This document shows positions 52,049 through 60,827 of a stretch of 64,000 nt of DNA, one piece after another (position 1 is the stretch's first letter; every line of letters begins with the position of its first letter). A program made the position numbers and the translations under genes. Source of the stretch: Myxococcota bacterium (GTDB lineage Bacteria > Myxococcota_A > UBA796 > UBA2385); NCBI GenBank assembly GCA_044344255.1, contig JBIJDH010000001.1, forward strand, positions 256,001 to 320,000. Reading direction: 5' to 3'. The notes beneath the pieces were generated by a model. That model worked only from the letters and a program-made list of their open reading frames with translations. It ran no database searches and was not told the DNA's origin.

Positions 52049-54628
52049 TCAGCCGCTCGCCCCCGCCCCGCTCCCGAGCGAGGGCGGCGCCGCCCGACCG
52101 CGCACGTGGCGGTCCTGCACGTCCAACATGCGCAGCAGGTCGAGGTAGATCTGCTCCGCCGAGTACCCTTGGAGCTGCGCCACCGGGCGGTTGGTGCGCC
52201 GCCAGAGGCTCCAGTCGCGGGTCAGGATCTCGAGGCCGTGCCTTTCGGGCGCGTTGAAGTAGGGCGTGCCCGGATAGGGCGAGAAGGTGGACAGATCGAG
52301 CCACTGGAGCAGCCCGTCGGCGAAGAGGCGGTCCACCACCCCCCGGCTGACGGCGCCCTCCTCGGGGCTGTCGCCGGGGTGGCCGATGATGAGGAAGCCC
52401 GAGGCCGACAGGCCGCCCGCCTGGGCGAGGCGGAGGCCCGCCTCGATCTGCGGCACGGTGATGGCCTTGTTCATCGTGTCGAGGACCCGCTGGGAGCCGC
52501 TCTCGACGCCCACGCAGACCCAGCGCATCCCCGCCTCGCGCATCTGTCGCGCGCCCTCCTCGGTGAGCGTGTCGAGGCGGGAGAGGAGGCCGAAGTTCGG
52601 GTGGAGGTGCGGGCTCCGGCCGAGCGCGGAGACGAGCTCCTGGAAGAAGGGCGTGCGCATGTCGAGCATGCTGTCATCGATGCCCTGGAGGTGGTTGCCG
52701 TAGGCGGCGAGGCGGTCCATCTCCGCCACCACCCGCGCCACCGGGTGCTCCCGCACAACCCCGCCCCAGTAGCGAAACTCATGACAGAAGCGGCAGCGAT
52801 AGGCGCAGCCTCGGCTCGTCAGCGCCGTGATGTCCATCACCTCGACGAAGCGCCGCGGGAGGAGGCCGAAGTCCTCGGCGGGCAGCGTGAGCACGTCGCC
52901 GAGCGGGCGCTTGGGGTTCACTCGGATCGAGCCGTCGGGGGCGCGGTAGGTGATCCCGGCCACGGTCGAGAGGTCATCGCCGGCGTCGAGGGCCCGGATG
53001 AGCGCGAGGGCGGTCCACTCCCCCTCTCCCCGCACCACGACGTCAATGGCCGGGGTCTCCCGGAGGCAGGCCTCGTCTTGATAGGTGACGTGCGGCCCGC
53101 CGATGAGGATGGGCACCTGGGCGTCGAGGGCCCGCACCGCCGCCGCCACCGACTGACCGGCTGGATAGAGGTAGGAGAAGGTGACCGAGACGCCCACCGC
53201 CCGCGGCGACAGGCTCTCCACCGCGTCGCGAATGGCCCGCGACACCCGTTCGGCCGCCTCTCCCGGCGACAAGTGCGGCTCCGCCACGTGCGCGAGCGGC
53301 AGCACGACCGCCGGGACGCCGTGGGCCTGGAGGAAGGAGGCCACGCTCACCGCCCCCCGCGGGAAGAGCGGCCCGGTCGCGCCGTGGGCGGCCGGCACGA
53401 TGAAGAGCACGGGGCCGCTGCGGCTGCCGCGGCGGCGGCGGAGGGCGGCGGTGGAGATGTTGAGCGAGCGGTCCTCGACGGGGGTGTACATCATCCCCGC
53501 CTCGCGCACCCGCAGCCCGTGGGTCTCTTCGAGAGCCACGACCGCGCCCTGCAGCAAGATGGCCTCGGGGAGGGCGCCGGCGAAGCGGAGGACATCGACC
53601 CTCGCCCCCTGCACCTGCATGAGGGCGTCCGTGTCTCCGAGCGCCTGGGCGAGCTGGGCGGCGCGGTCGAGCTCCACCGTGGCCTCCGGCAGGCGCCCAA
53701 CGGCGATGAGGGCGAGGCCGCGGTTCTGACGGAGGCGCTGCTCGACCGCGCCGCCCGAGAGGCTCTGCGGGAAGACACCGGCCGCCTCGTCGAGGAGGAC
53801 CACGGCGCGGGCTGGATCGCGGCCCTGGTACTGGAGGCCGCCGAGGTTGACGAGGGTGGTGGCGAGGTCCTCCGGCGAGGCGGCCACCCGCAGCACCGGC
53901 AGCGCCGCCTCATAGGCCGCCGCGGCCCCCGGGCCGTCCCCCGCCGCGTGCCGGGCGCCGGCGAGGCCGAGGCAGGCCCGGGCGTGGTCCGTCACCGCGA
54001 GGTCGGGCAGGGCGGCCTCGAAGGCCTGTGCGGCCTCGGCCCAGCGACCGGCCCCCGCCTCGAGCTCCCCCTCGGCGAGCGAGGCGAGGCCCGCCGCCGA
54101 GGGGCGCCCCTGGGCCTGGGCGGCGACGCGGGCCGCCGAGAGGGCCTCCCGCGCGGCGTCGCGCTCCCCGCCCTTGTGCAGGGCCCGCCCGAGGTTGCAG
54201 AGGGTGAGCGGCTCGGGGGGCAGCTCCGCCGCGGCGAGGCGGGCGAGGGCCGAGCGCGCGTGGCGGGCCGCCGCGCCGGCCGCGCCGCGGTGGAGGGCGG
54301 CGGCGGCGAGGTTGCCCTCGGCCCAGGCGGCGCCCGCGGGGTCGCCCTCCACGAGCAGCCGGTCGCGCGCGGCCTCGAGGTGCCGCTCCGCGCCGGGATC
54401 GCCGGTGACCAGCGCCACGACGCCGGCGCCGAGGCTCGCCCGACCGGAGGGGCCGGCGGCGAGGGCGCCCGCGTAGGCCTCGGCGGAGAGCGCGTACTCG
54501 CCGCGCTCCCGGTGCAGGTCTCCCAGGCGGACGAGGGCCAGCCCCCAGTCGGAGGGGCCTGCGAGGGCGGTGCCGAGGCGGGAGTAGAGCCCCCCGTCGG
54601 AGGGTCGGTCAGCGTGCGCGGCGGTCAT
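52049..54628 (-). CDS. TPR - cobalamin-binding - radical SAM protein (class B methyltransferase-like)
   Basis: ~390 aa of TPR-like helices; IGGPHVT and VVRGEGE (B12 domain); SRGCAYRCRFC, GVESGSQ and PYPGT. Confidence 0.88.
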   Translation of the reverse strand: MTAAHADRPSDGGLYSRLGTALAGPSDWGLALVRLGDLHRERGEYALSAEAYAGALAAGPSGRASLGAGVVALVTGDPGAERHLEAARDRLLVEGDPAGAAWAEGNLAAAALHRGAAGAAARHARSALARLAAAELPPEPLTLCNLGRALHKGGERDAAREALSAARVAAQAQGRPSAAGLASLAEGELEAGAGRWAEAAQAFEAALPDLAVTDHARACLGLAGARHAAGDGPGAAAAYEAALPVLRVAASPEDLATTLVNLGGLQYQGRDPARAVVLLDEAAGVFPQSLSGGAVEQRLRQNRGLALIAVGRLPEATVELDRAAQLAQALGDTDALMQVQGARVDVLRFAGALPEAILLQGAVVALEETHGLRVREAGMMYTPVEDRSLNISTAALRRRRGSRSGPVLFIVPAAHGATGPLFPRGAVSVASFLQAHGVPAVVLPLAHVAEPHLSPGEAAERVSRAIRDAVESLSPRAVGVSVTFSYLYPAGQSVAAAVRALDAQVPILIGGPHVTYQDEACLRETPAIDVVVRGEGEWTALALIRALDAGDDLSTVAGITYRAPDGSIRVNPKRPLGDVLTLPAEDFGLLPRRFVEVMDITALTSRGCAYRCRFCHEFRYWGGVVREHPVARVVAEMDRLAAYGNHLQGIDDSMLDMRTPFFQELVSALGRSPHLHPNFGLLSRLDTLTEEGARQMREAGMRWVCVGVESGSQRVLDTMNKAITVPQIEAGLRLAQAGGLSASGFLIIGHPGDSPEEGAVSRGVVDRLFADGLLQWLDLSTFSPYPGTPYFNAPERHGLEILTRDWSLWRRTNRPVAQLQGYSAEQIYLDLLRMLDVQDRHVRGRAAPPSLGSGAGASG

Positions 54629-54704
54629 CGGGGGAGCCTACCCCACGTCGCCTCCCCCGCCCGTCCCCTCCCCCGCCCGGCTCCTCGCAGGCTAAGGCAG
54701 CTCC

Positions 54705-55559
54705 ATGCTGCTGCTCACCCTCTCTTCCACCGTCATCGCGGCCCTGGCCGCCGAGCCCGCGCCGACCGCCTACCCCGTGACCTTCCCGGCGGTGGTCGAG
54801 CCCATCGACGCCGAGACGGTCCGCCTGCGCTGGCGAGACACCTGGCAGCAGCTCCGCTGGTCCGACGGCGCCATCCTCGCCAGCGGGCCCGATCCCCTCG
54901 GCGGCTTCGAGCCCCAAGGGGAGGCTTGGATGCAGCACCTCGGCGCCCCCGGCGGCGTGTGGACCGTCGGCCCCCGCTGGAGCGCGATCTGGGAGGCGCC
55001 CGGGAAGGAGCCCGTCTACATCCACCTGGGCGACGAGGCCGAGCCGATGATGGTGGGCGTGGTGGTGACCGACGCCGCCGGTGAGCCGCGCCTCGTCGTC
55101 GAGACCAACGACCGGCTGCTGCTCGTGAGCAAAGACGGCCAGCTCCGGCGCATCGGCGGGGCCGGGGCCCAGGGGCCGGCGCCGGTCCTCGGCGGCTTCG
55201 CCTGGCTCGACGACAAGACCCTGCACATCGCCGATCCCAAGGCCGCTGACCGCTGCAAGGCCCGGCTCTCGAACGGCCCGCGCGGCGGGGCGGTGGGCAA
55301 CCCCGAGGCGCCCTGGGTGGGCCTCTGGTCGGCCGGCGGCCTCGAGGTGTGGGACGCCCGCACCTGCGCCCGCATCGGAGAGGTGCCGGCCGTCCGCCTC
55401 GACGCCGTGGGCTTCCGCGGCGACGGGCTGGTCGTGGCCCACGAGGGCGGCGGCTCCGAGCGTTACGCCCTGCCCTCCCTCACCCCGCTGCCGCCTGTGC
55501 CTGCGCCGCCCGCTCCCGCCCCTGCGGCGCCGCCCGCGCCCGTCTCGCCCGCGCCCTGA
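54705..55559 (+). CDS. secreted hypothetical beta-rich protein
   Basis: Signal peptide and Pro-rich tail. Confidence 0.6.
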   Translation: MLLLTLSSTVIAALAAEPAPTAYPVTFPAVVEPIDAETVRLRWRDTWQQLRWSDGAILASGPDPLGGFEPQGEAWMQHLGAPGGVWTVGPRWSAIWEAPGKEPVYIHLGDEAEPMMVGVVVTDAAGEPRLVVETNDRLLLVSKDGQLRRIGGAGAQGPAPVLGGFAWLDDKTLHIADPKAADRCKARLSNGPRGGAVGNPEAPWVGLWSAGGLEVWDARTCARIGEVPAVRLDAVGFRGDGLVVAHEGGGSERYALPSLTPLPPVPAPPAPAPAAPPAPVSPAP

Positions 55560-55646
55560 GCGGCCGGGGGGCCCCGCGCGGCCCCCGTGGTGTAGCATCC
55601 CCCGCGAAGGCCGGATCTCCCGCCGGCCCTCCCCGGGACCAGAGCC

Positions 55647-56945
55647 ATGACCGACAGCGGGCGCCGCTTCCTCGACATGAACGCCTACCAGTGGACCGTG
55701 CTCGGGGCGGCCTGGCTCGGCTGGGGCTTCGATGTCTTCGACGGCCTCCTCTTCAACTACGTGGCGCCCAACTGCGTGCCCACGCTGCTCGGCATCCCGC
55801 TCGGCACGCCGGAGGCGAAGAGCGCGGCCCTCTTCTGGACGGGCACCCTCACCTCCGTCCTGCTGGTCGGCTGGGCCATCGGGGGCATCGTCTTCGCCCG
55901 CGTCGCCGACCGCATCGGCCGCGCCCGCACCCTCCTCATCACGATGCTGCTCTACGCCCTCGGCACGGCCGCCTGCGCCTTCGCCCCGAACATGGCCTTC
56001 CTCGTGGTCTGTCGCTTCATCGCCAGCCTGGGCATCGGCGGCGAGTGGGCGGCCGGCGCAGCGATGGTGGCGGAGGTCGTGCCCGAGAAGCGGCGGGTGG
56101 AGGCCGGGGCGCTGCTCTACACCTCGGCCCCGCTCGGCCTCTTCCTCGCCACCTTCACGACCTACCAGATCCAGGGTGTCTTCTTCAAGGACAGCCCCGA
56201 GACGGCCTGGCGCTACGTCTTCCTCTGCGGCCTCATCCCGGCCGCGGTGGCCTTCGTGGTGCGCATCTTCGTCAAGGAGCCCGAGCGCTGGAAGGCCGTG
56301 GCCGGCGCGGTGCCCCGGATGTCGGAGATCTTCGGCCCCGCCCTCCGCCGGCGCACCGCGAGCGGCCTCGTGATGGCCCTGGTCGCGCTGCTCATGTGGT
56401 GGAGCTGCAACGCCTTCATCCCGCTCATCTCCTCAGGGCTGGCCGTCGCGAGCGGCCACCCCGCCGAGGCCGAGGCCTGGAAGGCCACCGCCACCAACAT
56501 GTTCAACATCGGCGGCCTGCTCGGCACCCTGCTCACCGTGCCGATCTCCAAGCTGCTCGGCCGCCGCTCGATGTTCGGGCTGTACTTCGCGGGGTCGGCT
56601 TTGGCGATCGCCGCCGCCTTCGGCCTCGACATCGACGCCCACAGCCGCCTCTACCTCTACTTCCCGATCGGGCTCACGGTCTTCGGCGTCTTCGGGAGCT
56701 TCACCTACTACCTGCCCGAGCTCTTCCCCACCCGCCTGCGCGGGACCGGCGCCGGCTTCTGTTACAACGCCGGTCGCGTGATCACCGCCGCCGGCCCCTT
56801 CCTCGTGGGCAGCATCGCCAGCCGGGGCGCCAACGCGCTCGAGACGGCGATGGATCTCCTCTTCTGGGTGAGCGTGGTCCCGCTGGTGGGCCTGCTCGCC
56901 TTGCCCCTCGTGGTCGAGACCAAGGGGCAGGTCCTCGCCGACTGA
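55647..56945 (+). CDS. MFS transporter
   Basis: GWGFDVFD, ADRIGR, GIGGEW and ELFPTRLRGTG motifs. Confidence 0.93.
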   Translation: MTDSGRRFLDMNAYQWTVLGAAWLGWGFDVFDGLLFNYVAPNCVPTLLGIPLGTPEAKSAALFWTGTLTSVLLVGWAIGGIVFARVADRIGRARTLLITMLLYALGTAACAFAPNMAFLVVCRFIASLGIGGEWAAGAAMVAEVVPEKRRVEAGALLYTSAPLGLFLATFTTYQIQGVFFKDSPETAWRYVFLCGLIPAAVAFVVRIFVKEPERWKAVAGAVPRMSEIFGPALRRRTASGLVMALVALLMWWSCNAFIPLISSGLAVASGHPAEAEAWKATATNMFNIGGLLGTLLTVPISKLLGRRSMFGLYFAGSALAIAAAFGLDIDAHSRLYLYFPIGLTVFGVFGSFTYYLPELFPTRLRGTGAGFCYNAGRVITAAGPFLVGSIASRGANALETAMDLLFWVSVVPLVGLLALPLVVETKGQVLAD

Positions 56946-56992
56946 GGCCCGACTCGACTGAGCCCCGCCCAGGCGGATCACCCCGGAGCGCC

Positions 56993-57484
56993 ATGCGTCG
57001 CCGCCTCCCCCTCCTCGCCGCCCTCCTGCTCCTCCTCGGCGGCGTGGCGGGGTTCCTCCTGCTCCGGACCCCCTCCGAGGAGGAGCGGGTGCGGCGGGTC
57101 ATCCAGGACATCGCCGCCGCCGCCGAGGAGGCCGATCTCAGCGGCGTCATCGACCACGTCGACCGCGGCTACCGGGATGAGGACGGCCTCGACCGCGACA
57201 TCATCAAGCTGTTCCTCTTCGACCAGTTCCGCAAGCGCGGCCCCCTGCGCGTCCTCATCGGGCCGATCGCCGTGACGATCGAGGGCGAGGCCCGCGCGAG
57301 CGCCTCCTTCGACGCCGTGCTCACCGAGGGCAGCGAGGCCTCCTTCTGGCCCAAGGACGCCGACGCCCAGCACTTCGAGGTGGAGCTCGTCAACCGGGAG
57401 GGGGACTGGCTGGTGCTGTCGCAGACCCACGAGCCCGCCCTCGCCCTCCCAGCCCCGCCGGTCGCCCCGCCGGTCGCCCCCTGA
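56993..57484 (+). CDS. membrane-anchored NTF2/SnoaL-like protein
   Basis: TM anchor followed by an NTF2-like pattern ending REGDWLV. Confidence 0.65.
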   Translation: MRRRLPLLAALLLLLGGVAGFLLLRTPSEEERVRRVIQDIAAAAEEADLSGVIDHVDRGYRDEDGLDRDIIKLFLFDQFRKRGPLRVLIGPIAVTIEGEARASASFDAVLTEGSEASFWPKDADAQHFEVELVNREGDWLVLSQTHEPALALPAPPVAPPVAP

Positions 57485-58779
57485 TCGTCGCCCCCGCGCG
57501 CCCGGGCGGACGGTGGCTCCGGAGCGGGCTGGCGGTCGCCCTGCTGCTGGTCTCGGCCGCCGCGCTCACCCGCTCCCACCACGCGGCCCTCACGCTCCGC
57601 TCCCCCGCCGCCCGGGCCGAGGCCGCCCTCCCCGCGCTCCGCTTCCTCGACCACAGCGTGCGCAGCGGCGGCGCCGACGAGATGCAGGGCCTCTTCCCCG
57701 AAGGCTACCTGTTCACGGTCGTGCTCGACGGCCTCGGCTGGGTCGATCAGGGGCTCGCCGCGCCCGCCCGCGCCCCCGAGGCCGGGGAGCGCGCGCGGGC
57801 CCTGCTCGCCCAGGCCGAGTCCGCGAAGGGCACCGACCCCTTCAACCCTGAGCTCGACCCTCCCTTCGGCGTCTTCTACCAGGGCTGGGTGCTCCGCCTA
57901 CAGGTGGGGGTGGCCCTGCTCGGGGAGGCGCCGCTCGGGGAGGCGCGCGCGGCCGAGCGGGAGGCCCTCCGCGCCCGATGCGCCGCCGTCGCCGCCGCCT
58001 TCGACCGCTCGCCCACCCCCTTCCTGCCCTCCTACGCCGGGATGAGCTGGCCGGTAGACGCCGTCGTCGCTGCCGCCAACCTCCCCGCCTGTGACCGCCT
58101 CGCCGGCACCGACACCCGCGCCACCCAGGCCCGCTGGCTCCGCCTCGCCCAGGCCCGGGTTGATCCCGCCACCGGCCTCCTGCCCCACACCGCCGATCCC
58201 CTCACCGGCGCCCCCACCTCCAAGCCGCGGGGGAGCTCCCTCTCGATCATCGCCCGCACCCTCCACGAGCTCGATCCAGCCTGGGGGCTCACCCACTACG
58301 AGGGCCTGCAGCGGCGCTTCTTCGTCACCCGCCTGGGTGTGCCGGGCGTGACCGAGCACGAGGGCGGCGGCGGCGACGGCGACATCGACGCAGGGCCCTT
58401 GGTCTTCGGGGTCAGCCTGTCGGCCACCGTCGTCAGCGCCGGGGCGGCCCGGCTCTACGAGGACGACGCCTTCGCCGACGCCGTGCTGGACGTCGGCGAG
58501 ATCGTGGGCCTGCCCCTCACCCTCGGCGGGGAGAAGCGCTATGCAGCGGGGCTCCTGCCGGTGGGGGACGCCTTCGGCGCCTGGTCCACCGCGCCGGTCG
58601 AGCGGGGCGGGCCGCGGCCCGCCGCCCGCGGCGCTGTCCCCGGCCCGCTCTGGCGGCTCCCCTGGGAGCTCGGCTGGGGCTCGCTCTTCCTCTTCCTCTC
58701 CCGGCTCCTCTCCCTGCACCTGGCCCGCGCCGCCCGCGGGCTCTCCCGGTCGCTCCGATCCCCGCCGCCCCCACCATGA
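57481..58779 (+). CDS. membrane-anchored alpha/alpha-barrel-like hypothetical protein
   Basis: LFPEG, PSY...WPVD and GDIDAGP motifs. The frame stays open upstream of GTG 57658 through a TM anchor to CTG 57481. Confidence 0.65.
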   Translation: MIVAPARPGGRWLRSGLAVALLLVSAAALTRSHHAALTLRSPAARAEAALPALRFLDHSVRSGGADEMQGLFPEGYLFTVVLDGLGWVDQGLAAPARAPEAGERARALLAQAESAKGTDPFNPELDPPFGVFYQGWVLRLQVGVALLGEAPLGEARAAEREALRARCAAVAAAFDRSPTPFLPSYAGMSWPVDAVVAAANLPACDRLAGTDTRATQARWLRLAQARVDPATGLLPHTADPLTGAPTSKPRGSSLSIIARTLHELDPAWGLTHYEGLQRRFFVTRLGVPGVTEHEGGGGDGDIDAGPLVFGVSLSATVVSAGAARLYEDDAFADAVLDVGEIVGLPLTLGGEKRYAAGLLPVGDAFGAWSTAPVERGGPRPAARGAVPGPLWRLPWELGWGSLFLFLSRLLSLHLARAARGLSRSLRSPPPPP

Positions 58780-59501
58780 CCCTGCGCACCCTCCGCCCCC
58801 TGCGCGACGGCCTGCCCCTGCTGACGCTGTTCGTCGTGCTCAACCTGCACTTCGAGCTCCGCGAGGATGAGCTGTGGGTCGTGCTCCCCACCGTGGGGCG
58901 GGCCATGGTGTCCACGCTCGGCCTGCTCGGCCTCGCCGCCCCCCTCGGCTGGATCAGCGGGGCGCTCCTGGCCTCGGTCCTCCCCACCCTCCGCGGCCTC
59001 GACGGGCCGCTCCAGGCCCTCGGCGCGGCGCTGCGGGCCCTGCCCGTCTTCACGGCCGGCCTGCTGTTGATGCGCGGCGAGGTCGCGGAGGGCGCCTCCC
59101 ACGCCCTCCTCCTCCCCGCCCTCGCGCTGTCCATACCGGTCGCAGGCGGGGTCCTCCGCCGCAGCCGCGCCGGGCTGCGCGAGCTCACCGACACGGGGCG
59201 CTGCCTGTCGGCCACCCTGCGCCCCTTGCGGATCGGCCTGCCGCGCCTGCTGCCCCGCCTCTGGTCCCAGACGAGCCTGCTCACCTTCCTCGGAGAGGCC
59301 CTGATCATCGAGGTCGTCTTCGGGCGGGCCGGGCTCGGTCGCCTCACGGTGGCCGCCGCCTTCGGCGAGGACGCGCCGATGCTCGCAGGGGCCGCCCTCG
59401 GCTTCGCGCTGCTGGTCGCCCTCGGCCAGGCGGCGCGGGCCCTGCTGCGGGCCCTGCTCAGCCCCTCCTTCAGCCCATTGTTCAGCCGCCCGCGCCCTTG
59501 A
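58776..59501 (+). CDS. orphan DppB-like ABC permease subunit (divergent)
   Basis: IIEVVFGRAGLGRL...D.PM motif; no cognate ABC genes nearby. Confidence 0.55.
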   Translation: MTLRTLRPLRDGLPLLTLFVVLNLHFELREDELWVVLPTVGRAMVSTLGLLGLAAPLGWISGALLASVLPTLRGLDGPLQALGAALRALPVFTAGLLLMRGEVAEGASHALLLPALALSIPVAGGVLRRSRAGLRELTDTGRCLSATLRPLRIGLPRLLPRLWSQTSLLTFLGEALIIEVVFGRAGLGRLTVAAAFGEDAPMLAGAALGFALLVALGQAARALLRALLSPSFSPLFSRPRP

Positions 59502-59889
59502 AGTAGTCCACCTCGTCGCGGAAGAGGAAGTTGAAGGTGGTGAGCGAGCCGTAGGACCGCGTGACGTAGCCCTGGAGCTCCGCCTTGTCGGACTCGGAGA
59601 GCCCGGGGTGGTTGTTGAGCTTCTGCTCCAACACCCGCAGCTTCTCGCGGATCGCCGTCACCTTGCGGAAGACGGTGTCGATCGGCACCTGCTTGACCGT
59701 GCGCCCCTCGCCGTCCACAAAGTCGACCCGCCCCTCGACGAGCCGCTTGTGCATGCGGATGCGGTCACCCCCCGCCTCTTCGGCGAGGGCCTGCTTCACG
59801 GCGTCGGTGACGAGGTCGTACAGCTCGTCGTGCTCGATGGACTCGTGCTCGATGGACTCGTGCTCGATGGACTCGTGCTCGACCGACAT
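59482..59889 (-). CDS. conserved hypothetical protein
   Basis: VPIDTVFRKV..IREKLRVLEQKLN...YGSLTTFNFLF. Confidence 0.75.
   Translation of the reverse strand: MSVEHESIEHESIEHESIEHDELYDLVTDAVKQALAEEAGGDRIRMHKRLVEGRVDFVDGEGRTVKQVPIDTVFRKVTAIREKLRVLEQKLNNHPGLSESDKAELQGYVTRSYGSLTTFNFLFRDEVDYFKGAGG
59828..59882 (-). repeat. 15-bp coding tandem repeat (IEHES)
   Basis: TCGTGCTCGATGGAC x3 plus a partial copy. Confidence 0.9.
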
Positions 59890-59891
59890 CG

Positions 59892-60653
59892 TCAGTCCAC
59901 CCGGACGCGGACGACGATGACGGTGACGTTGTCCTCGGTGCCGTCGGCGATCGAGCGCTGCACCAGCTCTTCGGCGAGGTCGTCGGCCGGCGTGTCGCGG
60001 CAGATGCGGGCGAGGGCGGCGTCGTCGAGGGAGTCGGTGAGGCCGTCCGAGCAGAGCACGAAGAGGTCACCGGGCTGCACGGGGCGGGTGGCGGTGTCGG
60101 GCTCGACCGGCCCGTGGTAGCCCACCGACTGGGTGAGGATGTTCTTGTGCGGCACGATGCGGGCGAGCTCGGGCGTGAGGCGCCCAGCGTCGATCTCCTG
60201 CTGCACCACCGTGTGATCGCGGGTGAGGCGCTGGATCCGCCCGCCCCGGTACAGGTAGATGCGGCTGTCGCCGACGTGGCCGAGGTGGGCGACGTCGTTC
60301 TCGATGAGGAGGACGGCGAGGGTGGTGCCCATGCCGGCGTGGATCGGGTTCGACATCGCCGCCTTGCGGATGCGCAGGCTGGCCTGGTTCATCGCGTAGC
60401 GGAGCCGCTCCCGGATGGCGTCGTCGTTCTCGACCGTGGCGCGCTCGAGGCGGGTCTCGTCGGGGTCCTGGCTGTCCAGGAGGACGTCGCGGATGGCCTC
60501 GACCGCGAGGGCGCTCGCCACCTCGCCGCTGGCGTGCCCCCCCATGCCATCGGCGACCACGAAGAGTCCGGCGTCGACGTCTACGAGGAAGGCGTCCTCG
60601 TTGTTCTCGCGCACGGGACCCGGATCGGTGCGTGCGTGGGCTTCCAAGCGCAT
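59892..60653 (-). CDS. PP2C (Stp1/IreP family) Ser/Thr phosphatase
   Basis: RENNED, VADGMGG, GMGTT, HVGDSR, LCSDGL and DNVT motifs. Confidence 0.95.
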   Translation of the reverse strand: MRLEAHARTDPGPVRENNEDAFLVDVDAGLFVVADGMGGHASGEVASALAVEAIRDVLLDSQDPDETRLERATVENDDAIRERLRYAMNQASLRIRKAAMSNPIHAGMGTTLAVLLIENDVAHLGHVGDSRIYLYRGGRIQRLTRDHTVVQQEIDAGRLTPELARIVPHKNILTQSVGYHGPVEPDTATRPVQPGDLFVLCSDGLTDSLDDAALARICRDTPADDLAEELVQRSIADGTEDNVTVIVVRVRVD

Positions 60654-60827
60654 GAGAGATTCACCTACCCAAGCTCACGCGGCGGCGAGCTCAGCAGCGG
60701 ACGGCGTTGGTTCAGGGGGCGCTCGGGGAGGGTCGCTGGTGCGGCCCCGAACGGCGGATCGGGAGGGGTAGGATAAGCGGGACAGGCGTGGCAGTATAGA
60801 TCAGATGATGCAAGGCGCGCGGCACCC

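Noticed and set aside
292..55084. Many long overlapping ORFs (e.g. 292-1530 +, 1654-3069 +, 15109-17448 -, 27276-29810 -, 52106-55084 +) and long N-terminal extensions (3453, 8842, 29465, 49571)
   Set aside because: Typical high-GC antisense or off-frame shadows with no motifs, overlapping well-supported genes.
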